A DNA stretch of 64,000 nt from Phoronis australis (GCA_002633005.1 NMRA01000039.1:489225-553224); one strand, 5' to 3'; shown: positions 37,514-50,176, counted from the first letter of the stretch. Numbers and translations: made by a program. The notes: generated by a model from the sequence alone, not told the origin.

Positions 37514-40500
37514 AGTGTGACAGACATGTAAAAGTTAGCTGTCGTTTTTTTCAATAAAAGAGTATGCAGCCCATATTAATATTTTTCCTATACCTTGCCA
37601 CAGCCTGAACTGGGCCATAGGAATGGCATACACCGGAAGTTTTCTGCAAACTATAAGTCTCACTCTGGCTAAACGTCAGAGTCACGTAGCCATAAGTACT
37701 TTCTGAGCATAAAAGGGCACATTTGTAGGCTGTCAATTTCCCAACTCAAAAATATACTTCGGTAAAATTTTTATCTACGGGTAATATGCCTCTTTCCATC
37801 AACAATACCGGCCATTTTGTCCAGGTACGGTGCAAACAAAGTGGCCAAGTTTCGAGCATTAAAAATCTGGCAGATCACCAGTTTAGTGCATTAGTGATTG
37901 GCTTACTCCCGAGGTCATGGAAATCAAACTCGATGTGATTAAAAAATACTACGGAGATGTGTTGCTACGGAGATGTGTTGCTATGCAGTCACAGTAGAAA
38001 TGACTTAGCTTACTATTTCGTTGGAAGAGCAAAGGTCTGTTTGGAAAAATGTTGATTGCGAGAGTATTTGTTCGAGTTGGAAGGGTTTAAATATCCCAAT
38101 GGTCTCGAAAGGTGTCCATCTTCACTCGAATGGTACATATATTAATGTGACCATAGCTACCACTTGACAAATATTGAAAATTTATGAGCCTTCGTAACCA
38201 TGTTTGAAGTCCTTGGAGGGTCTATTTTCGCAATTATTACATTCGGAAATAGTGAGATTTCACAGCACTTTGTCTTATATGAGAAGAATTCATTGTAATT
38301 CACTTGTCCACCATATTGTGTCTTACAGGAAGGTCATTGGGGTCGGGCAGAGACATAGTCCAGTAGTCGAACTATCCTCCCAACTACCTCCTCTTACCTG
38401 ACAGCCATTACAAATCACACAATTCGCACTCCCAGCTGCCACGAAAATATTGCCAGAGATGCTGGTGATATTGGTAGCTGGTGACGTACACTAACCAGTT
38501 ACACCTTTTGAAAAATCTCAAAACGTCAGTGATCTCTGTCCTCATGGCAAAGTGCCACATCAAACACAGCCACCCCCTCCCCATCTTAAGCCCAATCATT
38601 AAAAAATGTCATGCTCTTTAAGGGTTTAGACGGACATTTTTCAATCGCTGTGATTTATGGATTTGACTATGCCAATACACCACAGGCAGATACTTTAAGT
38701 AATGTGTGTAGTGCAACCTATACTATCTTTATATTAATACCGTAAGCAAAATTGAGCCGATCGCGCAGAGCCCCTAGTCACAAGGAGCCCTTAGTCGCAC
38801 AGATCTGCTCTAATGACCTCACTTCGTATGGGTTCCATTTGCTGGAAATAATTCTTGAGTTTAGACAATATGACAGTCAAGTGAAATTTTATTTTATTTG
38901 TTCAACTTCCATGAAAAATAAGACATATTTGGTTATTTAACAATCGTTAATTTTGATTAGATTCACAATTTTTGTTCCTTGGTGACGAATGCGGTCCTGA
39001 AATTTGAGCTGATAGTAATAATAATAATAATAATAATATTTATAGACATTCCATTCTTGTCATAGTCAATGAATAGGTTTGTGGACAAGAAATTAAACTG
39101 TTTTAAGATATTTTCAAGTACGGATTCAGAAACTTCTGCAGTAATTTGATACACTAAGATTTTGAGGGACATTCTCGGTGAGAAAAATAATTTTGCAGAA
39201 ATTGGTAGCCAAACAGAATCGAACCCTCTCGCTTCGCAGTCATATCAATCAATTTTCACATGTATAGATAGCGGAGTATTTTGTAAGGTAATTGGATTCC
39301 TTCCCAACTTGTCAACCCATGATGCATTTTTCAAGTCCTTGATGGTAACAGAAACTGTGTGCATGAAAGTAATGTGTTATACTGTTTATAGTCATGTGAT
39401 TGTTTTTCTTAAAAAATGCCATTTTTTTCAAGTTCGGCGAGGGGTAAGTCGCTGCCCCCGTGACAAATTTCACATGAAACTTGAAAATTCTGTCTATTTA
39501 TTCTATTAGGTAAAATCAGGTGTCTGGAAAAAACCTCAGTCTTCGTTTTTTCATACTAACCGAACAACTTAAATTCAAAAAACTTCAAAGTCTATGGACA
39601 AAGAATGGAGTTGGAAAAACAGGTTGATTTAGCAAATGAATGTTTCGGGATGTCTTCTGAACTTAAATGAAAACTGGTTACTCCTGAAAATGTAATTTGC
39701 TATTTGCCATTGGACCATTTCCACGTACCGGTAATTTTTTAATCAATGGTGTAGAAGGAGTCAAATTGGTGAGGAGTTGAACTTCAACAATTACATTCCA
39801 TTGCAGCGCCCTCTTGGGACCTGAGTGGCACTGCCAATGCCATGGCGTCAGGGGTTCATGGTGTGGACACACGTGTGTGTACCAAGTTAATTTTCAGTTG
39901 TAAATAACCATTTTGGGGTCAGGAGAGTTTCTACCGGACATAGGGATGACATTTGTGCTGAATGCCCATTGCCATTTTCTGGTGTGCGAGAACTCGATTG
40001 TTAGAATTATGGTACTTCTCCATATATAGCACACTCGCCTCATTTCAAACACAAAAAATTATTTGAACAATCATATTTTGTCTCTCACTGATTTCGCATC
40101 AGGCTACTTGGTGGAATTTCTTGCCTGACCTAATTCGCACATCCTCATTTTTGCATTTCTGTAATCACATACACACCTCTTTAGCTGTGTTAATAACAAT
40201 TATGTCTGAAAATTTTAAATTCTCCGCTCGATTCCTCCGTCCACATGGTACTATATCTCATGTCAGTTGTACACATAAGGTGGAAGGGTTGACCTAGCTG
40301 GCTGTCATGTGACACTCAGGCATTTGCTGAATTGAGCTTCTCTGAAGGGGCCGAATTACTTTTTTATTGGAAAACGATAAAGAAACTTTTGGACACACAC
40401 AAACACACACAAACACACACACAGTTTGTTTCGTACACCCCAACTATTGTGAAAATACGTTTCATTTATTTTGTGCAAAATAAGTGGAGATTTGTTGCAA

Positions 40501-40611
40501 TATGGCTTTAGCTGTTGCACATACACTAGTGCATAAATGTTTTTCCATGGCCTGTGTAAACATGAATCACTTCGTGACCCGTTTCAGCATGCCTGCACAT
40601 AGTCCACCACC

Positions 40612-40845
40612 TTTGTACATCCCATCACAGCTCACTTCAACTGTCGGTACATACTTCATTTGTACACCCCATCACAGCTCACTTCAACTGTCCGTACATA
40701 CTTCATTTGTACATCCCATCACAGCTCACTTCAACTGTCCGTACATACTTCATTTGTACACCCCATCACAGCTCACTTCAACTGTCCATACATACTTCAT
40801 TTGTACACCCCATCACAGCTCACTTCAACTGTCCGTACATACTTC
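40612..40845. repeat. 47-bp minisatellite, 5 units
   Basis: tttgtacaYcccatcacagctcacttcaactgtccgtacatacttca. Confidence 0.92.
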
Positions 40846-41254
40846 TCGAGTTTTTCGTTCCACACCTCAGTTTTATTTCATTTAATAGACGAGAAAGAAT
40901 GTTGAGCTTGATGTTTTGTTTAGACTATCCCCCATTTACTCAAAGTAACCATGCATATTGTGAATACCTAATATTTGCAAGCAGCCGACGACAAACTGCG
41001 TTGGAGTTACCATTGATAATGCTTCTGTCTGATCCATGGCATTGTAAGTGCAGCAAGTTTTCGATGACCATAAAGTAGCTCCCCCTGCCTTGCTCTCAGC
41101 TGTTGTGTGCAAAGCTGGCTATTATGCAAATAGTGATGAGCTCTGAGGCTCACTGTCCACACTGTCCATGTCAGTCATATTGCATTGGTTAAACAGATAT
41201 AAGGATATAATGAACCTCACTGGCATTTCTGACAGTTTTCAGAAGGATTTAACC

Positions 41255-42245
41255 CAATTTGCATCACCTAGTGGCCATTTTTACTGTTTTTGAATCTGTT
41301 TTTGGCTTCTGCCTCTCTATGAGCCAAACCACTGTATGGTGATGATTATAAAAACTGGCACTTGTGTACCTACTAGAAAGAGGATGACTGACAATGATTT
41401 TTGGGCTGCCCCCAAGTACGGTAGTGCCTGCTAGTGGCTATTTTGTTTTTTTAAGTCTCGCTGTATCTACACAATCTATGAAGGTGACTGCAAATGATGA
41501 CTTTCGAACGTATCTGTCTACTGCTGTGCCTCTAATGTCAGTTCTGTTTTATTCCGTCTTTGGAGATCGTCGATGGCTTTTAAAAAATTTTAGCAAATAG
41601 GTTTACACTGAAAAGGCGATGACACCTTGTTTTAGTGGATTTGACATAATGCACACCACCTAATGGCCATTTTCGAGTCAGTTTTTGACATACGCCTCTC
41701 TAAGGATCATTGGTATACCGGTATTTATTCCTAGTGGGAAGAGCACGGCCGACAGTATTTTTGGATGGCTTTTACTACTGTGGTACCCCCTAGTGGCATT
41801 TTTGCTTTTTTCACGTACTCAGATGTTTCTCCTTTCTGCCTGCATGATCTTAATAAAATTTAACAGGTGTATTTTCATGAATGTGACAACGAATGACAGC
41901 CACTTTTGGGCGTATTTGATTACTGCTCAGCCCCCTTGTGAGGCAATGTTGGTTTTTTATGTTTCCTCTATCATTGGAGTTCCTAAGTAGATTTTTATGA
42001 AACTCGGCAAATGGGTTTCTATTTTAGAGAGAATAACACCTTCCCATTTTCGGATGGATTTGAAATATTGTACACCACCTAGAGGTTATTTTTACAACTT
42101 TTTGAGTTTTATACATCTGCTCTATTGGCTACACAACGTCGAAGGTCATTATGAAAACATGCATGTGTTTCTTCTGGGAAATACATTGCTGACCAAGATT
42201 TTCGGACAGGTCTGACTGCTATGGTGCCCTCTAGTGGCAATTTTG
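41255..42245. repeat. old degenerate repeat with periodic CCYCTAGTGGC (CTCF-like) motifs
   Basis: Motif variants at ~41262, 41424, 41652, 41782, 41928, 42072, 42224, all in the same orientation. Confidence 0.5.
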
Positions 42246-42875
42246 TTTTTTTTAGCCTGTGTCTCAATATCTAACCTGAGTGTTCCCTGTTGGATCTTCA
42301 TGATGTGAGTTTTTATCAAGAAGAGTTTGAAACAACTTATGTGGATTATGGGTGTGTTTGTACTCAGAATTAAGTAAGAAACAATAAAAAGTATTCTGTT
42401 CCAAATCACTGAACATTCTTCATTTAATAAACAGAAACAATACAATAAATAGAGTTTAAAAGAAATGTGAGGTATACACGAAAACAATAATGGTAAAATC
42501 TCCCCAATTTAGGACACACAGCCGACTAGTGAAGTTTTCTTTAATCATATTTTGCCATTCAACGTGTAGCACCAAATTAAATGCTTTAGCATGTTTAAGT
42601 GTTGTACCATAGCTACCATCAGAAAAAGTTTTGAAAAACTGTTGCCATTCACAACAATGTAAGAAGCCCTTGAATATCACAAAAGGGAATTTTTGGCAAT
42701 TATATTTGTCTGAAATTGGTGAGATTTTACCAAATATATGAAAGGGAATGTGTATCATAAACAACCACAGTCACAACTTGCTGCTCTCATACCCGACTGA
42801 GGTTCGTGAGGGAGGAAGCCCACCTACCCTTGAGTGTTAACAACACAAACTGACGGATGAAAAGTGATCCAGACC

Positions 42876-43187
42876 TCACTGATTCATCAGCTCCGATCTC
42901 CATTTCTCAACCTCGTCATCATCTATTTCCCCTTCCTCCCATCGTTCACGCAAGTCTGCTGAATAATTCTCATACCATTCATAATCCAATAGGTGGTGCT
43001 TGTAGTTAAACAAAACATAGCACCAGGTTGAGGATGAATGAGCGTCTTTTTCCGTTGATTCATTAGAATCGTCTGGAAGAAGATCTACGGTGATTTTTGT
43101 GCGCTTATAAAGACGCGGGTGATCTTCAAGTTTATCAAGCATTTGAAGAACTTTGTCATCGACGTCATAAACTTCACCGTGAACATG
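42876..43187 (-). CDS. GGACT: GGACT terminal exon B (HVHGEVYDVDDKVLQMLDKLEDHPRLYKR...WCY...), giving a 163-aa isoform
   Basis: ttcattctag| acceptor in phase 0; same motifs as exon A; intact to TGA. Confidence 0.85.
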   Translation of the reverse strand, partial: HVHGEVYDVDDKVLQMLDKLEDHPRLYKRTKITVDLLPDDSNESTEKDAHSSSTWCYVLFNYKHHLLDYEWYENYSADLRERWEEGEIDDDEVEKWRSELMNQ

Positions 43188-43582
43188 CTAGAATGAAAGC
43201 CACACCATTGGTCACAAATTAAAATATGGCACCGTACCTAAATTATATAATTCCTCAAACTTGAAGTGACTCTTACTTTCGAAATCCAGTCACACAACAG
43301 ATGTAGGTACTGCACAGTATAATCTCGCCAATTTCAGCCAGTATTTTTAACAAAATTGGCATTGATCAAAGGCCTAGCATTGTTGTGATGGCCACGATTT
43401 TTTATACATTCTACGGTACACATTCTACAGAACAAAAAATGAAAATGAAAACCACTTGTATGACAATCCTTTAGAAAAAAAATGAAATTCCGTTCTGACA
43501 CAAAATCGTGCCCTAAATTAGTGAGATTTTACTGCATAGTCAAACTAAAATCACAATACAGAACAAGCACACATTCTATTCT

Positions 43583-43816
43583 CAGGGCTTGGAATTTTCT
43601 TCCTTTAAGAGGATTTCCTGTTTTTGGTTTCAATTTCCTCTTACTTGATTTCTAGTTTCCTTATTTTCCATCTTTTATGTCATTATATATGCAAAAAAAA
43701 ATTATTTCAGTTAAACTTTACAACACAAAAATATTTCTATCACACAAGCCTATTTGTGGAGCCGTACATTACCTGTAAAATCATCCTTTTTTCGTCACTG
43801 GTCATTCCAAGCCCTG
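43583..43816. mobile_element. member of the same TIR family, lying between GGACT exons A and B
   Basis: Perfect TIR cagggcttggaat / attccaagccctg, flanked by an ATTCT direct repeat. Confidence 0.75.
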
Positions 43817-43912
43817 ATTCTAAATCACTTAAAAAGATACTAAATCACTGGCAGTGCCAGTTTTGGATGAAAAACGGCATTTACTGCCCTTTTAAACGAT
43901 AGAAAGTAGTAC

Positions 43913-44063
43913 TAGTCACTTACAGGGAGTCCCGCATTTTAAGAAGCTAACCATGAGTTATCTCCACTGAATAACAGGCATCAAACTGGTTCTCAACGCC
44001 CATCTCCACTGAATAACTGGCATCAAACTGGTTCTCAAAATCCGGGACCCCTGTAAATGACTA
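43913..44063. mobile_element. MITE with ~33-bp TIRs
   Basis: tagtcacttacagggagtcccgcattttaagaa pairs with ttctcaaaatccgggacccctgtaaatgacta; internal ~37-bp direct repeat. Confidence 0.65.
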
Positions 44064-44409
44064 TTGCTTAGAAAGCAGCAGAAGAGTACCGCAGACTCCC
44101 GTAAAGTGTCATTGAACCTTGAAATACTTGATATTCACTAGATCGTGCTAATGAACATCTGAACACATTGAAAGCAGAAAGCAGTTCATCGGCATGGGTG
44201 TGACCATGGGCGAAGGGTCCTGTGTGATGCAAGCAGGCCCACTGTTTCACTAGCACCGATCATTTTTAAGCCAGAATACATTCACCCATAAATTAAAATG
44301 CTAAACTTGCAAGGTTCATGTGTTGGGTCGACTTCAAGGTAAAATTTCTTTCGCATTCCAAATTAATGTAGTATTTCAACGTAGCAACAGGCCTAACTCC
44401 CAGCTGGCG

Positions 44410-44733
44410 TTAATGTGTGGAATTGCAATTAAACGGTCCCACTTCTAACCAATGAGATTTGGTGTTCGTCTTCTCTGTCATTTGCCCGCGCCTGATTAAT
44501 GGGACATATTGTCCATGCTCTGCCGTATGGGTGTCATATTCCTCGTATGTTTTGTTGCTCAGTAAATGGCTGTGGAATGTTTTCATCACGTAACACCACA
44601 ACTCTTCAACTGCATTGGTGTGCATGTTTTCGATCGGGATTTTTTCCCGAGTGTAAAAATGTGGATGAGCCTCAAGAGCATCGAGGGTTTTAGTCATCTG
44701 TTCATCTACGTCGTAAATTTCACCTACAATTTG
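44410..44733 (-). CDS. GGACT: GGACT terminal exon A (QIVGEIYDVDEQMTKTLDALEAHPHFYTR...WCY...), giving a 167-aa isoform
   Basis: ttgcag| acceptor in phase 0; GE.Y.VD and LD.LE.HP..Y.R motifs; intact to TAA. Confidence 0.88.
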   Translation of the reverse strand, partial: QIVGEIYDVDEQMTKTLDALEAHPHFYTREKIPIENMHTNAVEELWCYVMKTFHSHLLSNKTYEEYDTHTAEHGQYVPLIRRGQMTEKTNTKSHWLEVGPFNCNSTH

Positions 44734-45172
44734 CTGCAATACAGTAACAATGATGATAATGATAATTATAATACAGGTGCTGGTATCAAATACTGAGTGG
44801 CCAAATAAGTTTGTTTGTTTCGGCAGAACTTTCATACCGGACTATTTAGCCACAAAAGAAGCTAAAAATATTCAGAGGGAAAACAATATGGCACATTTTG
44901 AAATTTCAAATCAAGAGTACTATGCAGGCATGTACAAAATCGGGTGACCCAGTGACCTCGCTTCACTTGACCAGGAACTCCTGCAAAGCATTTGGTTCCA
45001 ATTTGTTCAAATGTGATTGTTGGTTTACCTGTTGCATAAGTGGAATACTGCACACTGGTAACTAAGGCAACAACAACCAATTTCATATTTTGGTGGAGTA
45101 AAGTTTAATCCAAAATGGAATTCTCTGACAATTTAGATGAAACATGCAGGACAAGAAACTGATCAAGCATAT

Positions 45173-46108
45173 CCCTTATGAAAAAGAAAGTGAGAATCGT
45201 ACTGGATTCCAATGAGATTCCACTGAGTTAGATTATAGTTAGGTATGCGAGTGAGAACCCAGATGTGAATTGAACACCTTGGGCAGTCAGTGAGATAGTA
45301 GTGAGAAAATGTTATGTAACAGTGAGAATCCAGTGAGAATTTCAGACTTAGAAAATTTCTGAGTGAGAATCAGTGAGAATTTGGACTTGCAAAAATTGGA
45401 GTGAGAATTCAGTGAAAACCTAAGATAAACAAACACAATCATTGGCTGTGGAAATTTCAGTTGGACCAGATTTCTGAATTCAAATTAAAATGGCGCCAGG
45501 AATGAACAGTTAATATGAAGTAGAGAAATAGCTTTAAGATTGTTGACATGTTTCTCACAAATAATGTGACATTACTGAACCGTTTGTCTGCAAGTCAACG
45601 AGAGGGGACCCTGGACTGATTTTGTGTGTTAGTAAGCCAAAGCTTAGCACATTTCATGCATCTAGCAGAGTGCATGAAGAAGACTTGTGTCTTTATGTGT
45701 TGACAGCTGAGATTTTAGTATTTTGCTGATTCACCAAAAGCATTAATATTGTTAGTTTAAGTCTGCTGTATTTCACAATTTGCAATTAAAATGTACCTTT
45801 AGTCAAATTTCAAGATGAACTCACACAAATAAGAAGCGTTTTGGTTACCAAATGAATAAATGTTTGGACTCCTCTATTCAGTCAATGGTTATATAAAATG
45901 CACACACAAAATATTCAAAATTCTCACCGAGTGAGATTTTCAGTAAGACGAATTCTCACTGAATTCTCACTGGCATATCATGGTATTCTCACTGGAGTGA
46001 GATTTTTTTTCACTAATTTGAATGGCATCTTAATTAATTCTCATTGGAATCCAGTGATATTCTCACTGACTTTCAGTACGAGAATTTCCTTAAGTTTTTT
46101 CATAAGAG
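45173..46108. mobile_element. non-autonomous CMC/EnSpm-like DNA transposon in the GGACT intron
   Basis: TIR cccttatgaaaaa / tttttcataagag, AT flanking duplication, many subterminal GTGAGAA repeats on the left and TTCTCAC on the right. Confidence 0.7.
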
Positions 46109-46237
46109 ATGCCAAGAAATGTGGCCAACTGAGCAAATTCCACACTAGTTTTAAAAATATGATGTACTCTTGTATAACCTCAGAGTAATTGCAACAAATC
46201 ATATGACAAATGCCTAATTTGTAATTGAGAAGCGTAC

Positions 46238-46417
46238 CTTTCCTTGACCCTTTGCATTAAGCAAAAATGGAATGTTGAATCTTGTCGCTACAATGAGAGG
46301 CCATTTATCAATCGTGCGTCCCTTGCCGATGTATACTGACTTGCCATTTTGCGGCTCGAAATGGTGATGATTAGGCTGCCCCTTTTTGAGAGTGCCGTAC
46401 ACAAAGACACGCTCCAT
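46238..46417 (-). CDS. GGACT: gamma-glutamylamine cyclotransferase, coding exon 1 (MERVFVYGTLKKGQPNH...GQGK)
   Basis: GGCT-like/AIG2 signature VFVYGTLK.GQPNH and PL......IPFLL; AAG|gtacgc donor, phase 0; acceptor at 46437. Confidence 0.93.
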
Positions 46418-47829
46418 GGTCGTTCGACTTGCTGAGTCTGAAATAAATTGACTGATATTAATGATTAACTGAGTATGAAGCATTACTTATAAGTATGCTG
46501 GCACTCAAAGTGCACACATACCAGGTGGTACTTCTGGTAAATTTTCTACAAAAATAAATACAATGTAAAATTCATTTCTACTCAAGCTGAACCTACACAA
46601 CTATAACAACTTGCATATTTTATTTAGTACAACGGATCTTTGATCAATAATAAACAAATGACAACTTGGCTGCAATGCATCATCTCTGACAGGCAGTCGT
46701 ACCCTCATGACATAATACAGTTCACAGCCATCCCACATTCATATGCAAACTTTTCACGTTGAGTACTACCACTGGAAAAAACTGAGGGAATCCTTGATCA
46801 ATGTTTAAATATGACCAAGGGTATGGGCGAACAAGTGGTTAATGTCACACAATTAAACAAACACTTTCCTACACGTCTTCGCACGTTTAGAACATAAAAG
46901 GAGTCTTGTCCATTGTAAAATATCGCTAAAATAGGGTCATTTGATAAATTACAGCCCTTTATTTATTGTAACTGCATTTATTTTGTAGATCTTTTTCTAA
47001 GTACATAGAAGTTCAGTCACTCAAATATGGCAGACGTTCTTGGTACACTCTCAGAAATTCAAAAATTAAATTAAAAGCTTGGTGTCCAATTCTTATCATT
47101 TTTAATGTCATTTTAGAAAAGCACATCATATCATACGAGTATAAATTTTTTGGGCAACTAAATGCATTGTTGTTCAGCTATCGTTGTGGTCTAAAGAGGC
47201 TTGTCAGGTATTTTTGACTTCCTAGTTTCATTAAAGTGCTTAAAATCACCAATTTCATACCAAAAACACCTCACCAGTCCAAACAGCTGTCAAGTTAGAA
47301 CACCGGTGAACACCATCTGATGATATGTTAATTGGCTGATTCGACTTTCAAGCCTTTATTGGACGAAACATGCAGTGGCTCTTTCCACTTTCTCGCGGGA
47401 CACGGGAGAAGCACAGATATGGCACAAGATAGTACAACAAACTCGTATATTGGTGGACATGACACACTGGTGTTGGGTACGTTCACACATCACACGCGTG
47501 ATCATGGAGCTAAGAAACTTTCAACTGGAGTCGATTTTCCTCTTGAGTTGGGGTTCGTCTGTTCTCTAGTCTTTGTGATATTAAATTCACAAATGAAGCA
47601 TACCGTGATATAAAGGAAAGTTTTATGAGGCTGGCAACCTAGTCACATGACAACACAAAGTAAATGGTGGTTTTAAGCACTCTAATGTAAACCTTGGAGG
47701 TAACATCACTTTTAAGAACATAGAATTATAGGTACAATAAAAATAGTGCACATGGTCTAATACAAGTTGCATCAGATGTGCACAGGTCGCTCAGCCCAGC
47801 CCATTACATCAAACACATGAAACCATTTT

Positions 47830-47996
47830 TCATTTTTATTTATACACAGATAAAAACATATAGACATGTACACAAATTAAGACCGAGCTGAGGAGTTAGA
47901 GACCTGAGTAGATGGTCAAGCAGTGGCGTACAGAGGGATTCGAACCTATGAGTTTGTGAACATGAGGCAGACACTCAAGTCATTAGGCCACACTGC
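47830..47996 (-). mobile_element. tRNA-derived SINE
   Basis: Minus strand has A box TGGCCTAATG and B box GGTTCGAATCC within 47920-47996, then a short body and an A-rich tail; no clean cloverleaf. Confidence 0.6.
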
Positions 47997-48329
47997 AAAT
48001 AAACTAGAAACTAATCTTTCAAAAAACATTTCATTTAGACCACACTCAGGTGTAAATTAAGTCTCATCACGGAAAGAATTTCTACTTGTCAGAGGAACTA
48101 AAGGTTTGTTATTGCTTTAGGCCAGGATTACTAAGTTTGTTTGACGTAGCAGATCTGTTACAGCTACTAAAATAGTACCATCATCAGAGAAATGTACAGT
48201 CCATTTATTCTCAACACTATAATTCAAACAAAAGATAAGAGGGCGATGACATTGCTTTGGATATACGTGTAAAAAGTCGGTTGTTTTGTCACCAGAATTC
48301 AGCTTTTATCCAGAAGTATAGGGGCTATA

Positions 48330-48448
48330 GGAATGTTTAGTATGACGTCATTATGACAATTTGGACCCAGTGTGATGGCATGTCTATTCTTATTTCCGGG
48401 TCCAAATTGCGTCATATACTACCTTGACATGTCATCACTAAACATCCA
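48330..48448. repeat. imperfect inverted repeat (hairpin / MITE remnant)
   Basis: atgtttagtatgac...caatttggaccc pairs with gggtccaaattg...gtcatcactaaacat. Confidence 0.55.
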
Positions 48449-49980
48449 AATTACAGGTAATGCTCCCAAGATTGTGAACAAAGATAGTCATTATCAGTTT
48501 ATCACAAGTGGCTCGGCTTGGCCTAGGACTGGGGTTTAATCTTTTTACTCAAAGTTGTTTTTGGCATTTTCTATTCTACTTAAATTTTGTTTGAGCTCAA
48601 GATAAGTGTCTGTAGGCCCCTTCATACTAACGCCGACATTTCTTGTCCGATTCTCAAAATTCCAAAACCTAACCAGGTGTACTTTCACAAACTATTCAAA
48701 AATCCTAATTAAAAGCTTTCAAAATGAAAATTTCTGAAATACTATTGTCACCCGCAGTACGTGCTTTTATAACCATCTTGGTGATGGGCAATTTTGCGCC
48801 TGATTACCCTAGCCAACCTCCCAAAAATTATAGCACCAGATTTTAAGATAATGAACCAGTGAAGTAACACAAATTTGAATGTCGAGTGTACATGTTCTAT
48901 TTTACGTAAATATAGCTGTATGTAATCCCAGTTTGTACTTGGTGACCCCCATTAATGCTAAAAGTTGTAGATTTTAAGTGAGTGGAGTTGCCCAAATTTG
49001 ACCCGACCGCTGAGGGTACATCACTATTTCAAGTGAATAACTGTGTGATCCCACTTCAATTGCACCTGATGATCCCATATGCTAAGAGTTTGAGTCTGAA
49101 TTAACTCAAAACTTTGAATTTTAACTCAAATCTCATTTAAGTTTTCACTGAAGCTTGTAGTTCGCTAGGGGTCATCACGTGTGAACTGGGACTAGAAAAT
49201 CATGTTCATTAACTCAAGCACAGAATATAATTCACACTTACCTAGAGGATGTACAAATAGAATAGGAAATGCCAGAAACTAATTCTGAGCTCGATTTTAG
49301 TTAAAAAATTAGACTCCAGGCCCAGTAGTGCCATGCTTGAACTTGGAATTTCTGCACAACCTCAAGATAGGTTGAACATGGAAATTTGGCAAGGGCAAAT
49401 AATCATGTTGTGAACTTCACATTTAAAAAATAGGTTGCGCTAAAGCAAACCACATGCTAATGAAATACTATAATTTTAAACCAACTTCTATTGTGTTCAT
49501 TACTTTTATATTCAATAATCATTAGCATACTTCTCCTAGTCTATGACGGTCAACACAAGTTATGGTGAGGGAGATTTTCTAAAAATGATGTGTGGTAAAT
49601 TGTTTTGACGTTTAGCCAAACAAATCTTTACAAAGAACGAAAATATTCAAATCTGTTTACTTTGATGAATATTTAACTTAAAGTTCTCGCATACGCAATA
49701 TACTTGAAAGAAAGATACGGTATTATAGTTAGAAGGCCTAATTATATTAACTAAGATCACTCGGAGCTGAACACCTTCTGAACTGGGTCAGCAATGAGCC
49801 ATAAACAACATGAGCTCCTAAGACCTAAGTAATAGGTAATGCAACATGGTAAACCAACCCCCAGAGGCTAGGCCTAAAGGAATACGAATACCAAAGAAAT
49901 AACACTTTCTCCAAGTCAAACATAGCTGCCAAGTAATCAAAAAGTTGCGGACGCCCAGCAATGAGAGGTTGGCTCACTTA

Positions 49981-50176
49981 CTATGTTCGCAGTCGCTACT
50001 CTATCACTTATTAAGCGTACGGTCGGAAGGAGTTCGTAGGTCAAACACTGACCAAATAGACATGACTTTCTGCCAATAGGAGTCAGACTTTGACCTAGTT
50101 CAAGAGAGTCGTGCAGGTCCAAGTGACTTTCAATAACACAAAGATTGTTTCATGTACACCAAGGCCCGGTAGCAGG
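49981..50176. promoter_or_regulatory. candidate compact bidirectional promoter / first exons for GGACT (minus) and NHEJ1 (plus)
   Basis: Divergent strong donors: minus-strand |gtaagt at 49980-49981 and plus-strand CAG|gtaagt at 50176. ETS-like CCGGAAGT at about 50285; CpG-richer region. Confidence 0.4.

Noticed and set aside
40612-40845. Regular repeat resembling a CRISPR array, with repetitive ORFs
   Set aside because: Units are head-to-tail with no unique spacers, the context is eukaryotic and there are no cas genes; it is a minisatellite.
47920-47996. Possible tRNA gene
   Set aside because: A and B boxes are present, but the anticodon arm does not fold convincingly and a body plus A-rich tail follows; better explained as a SINE.
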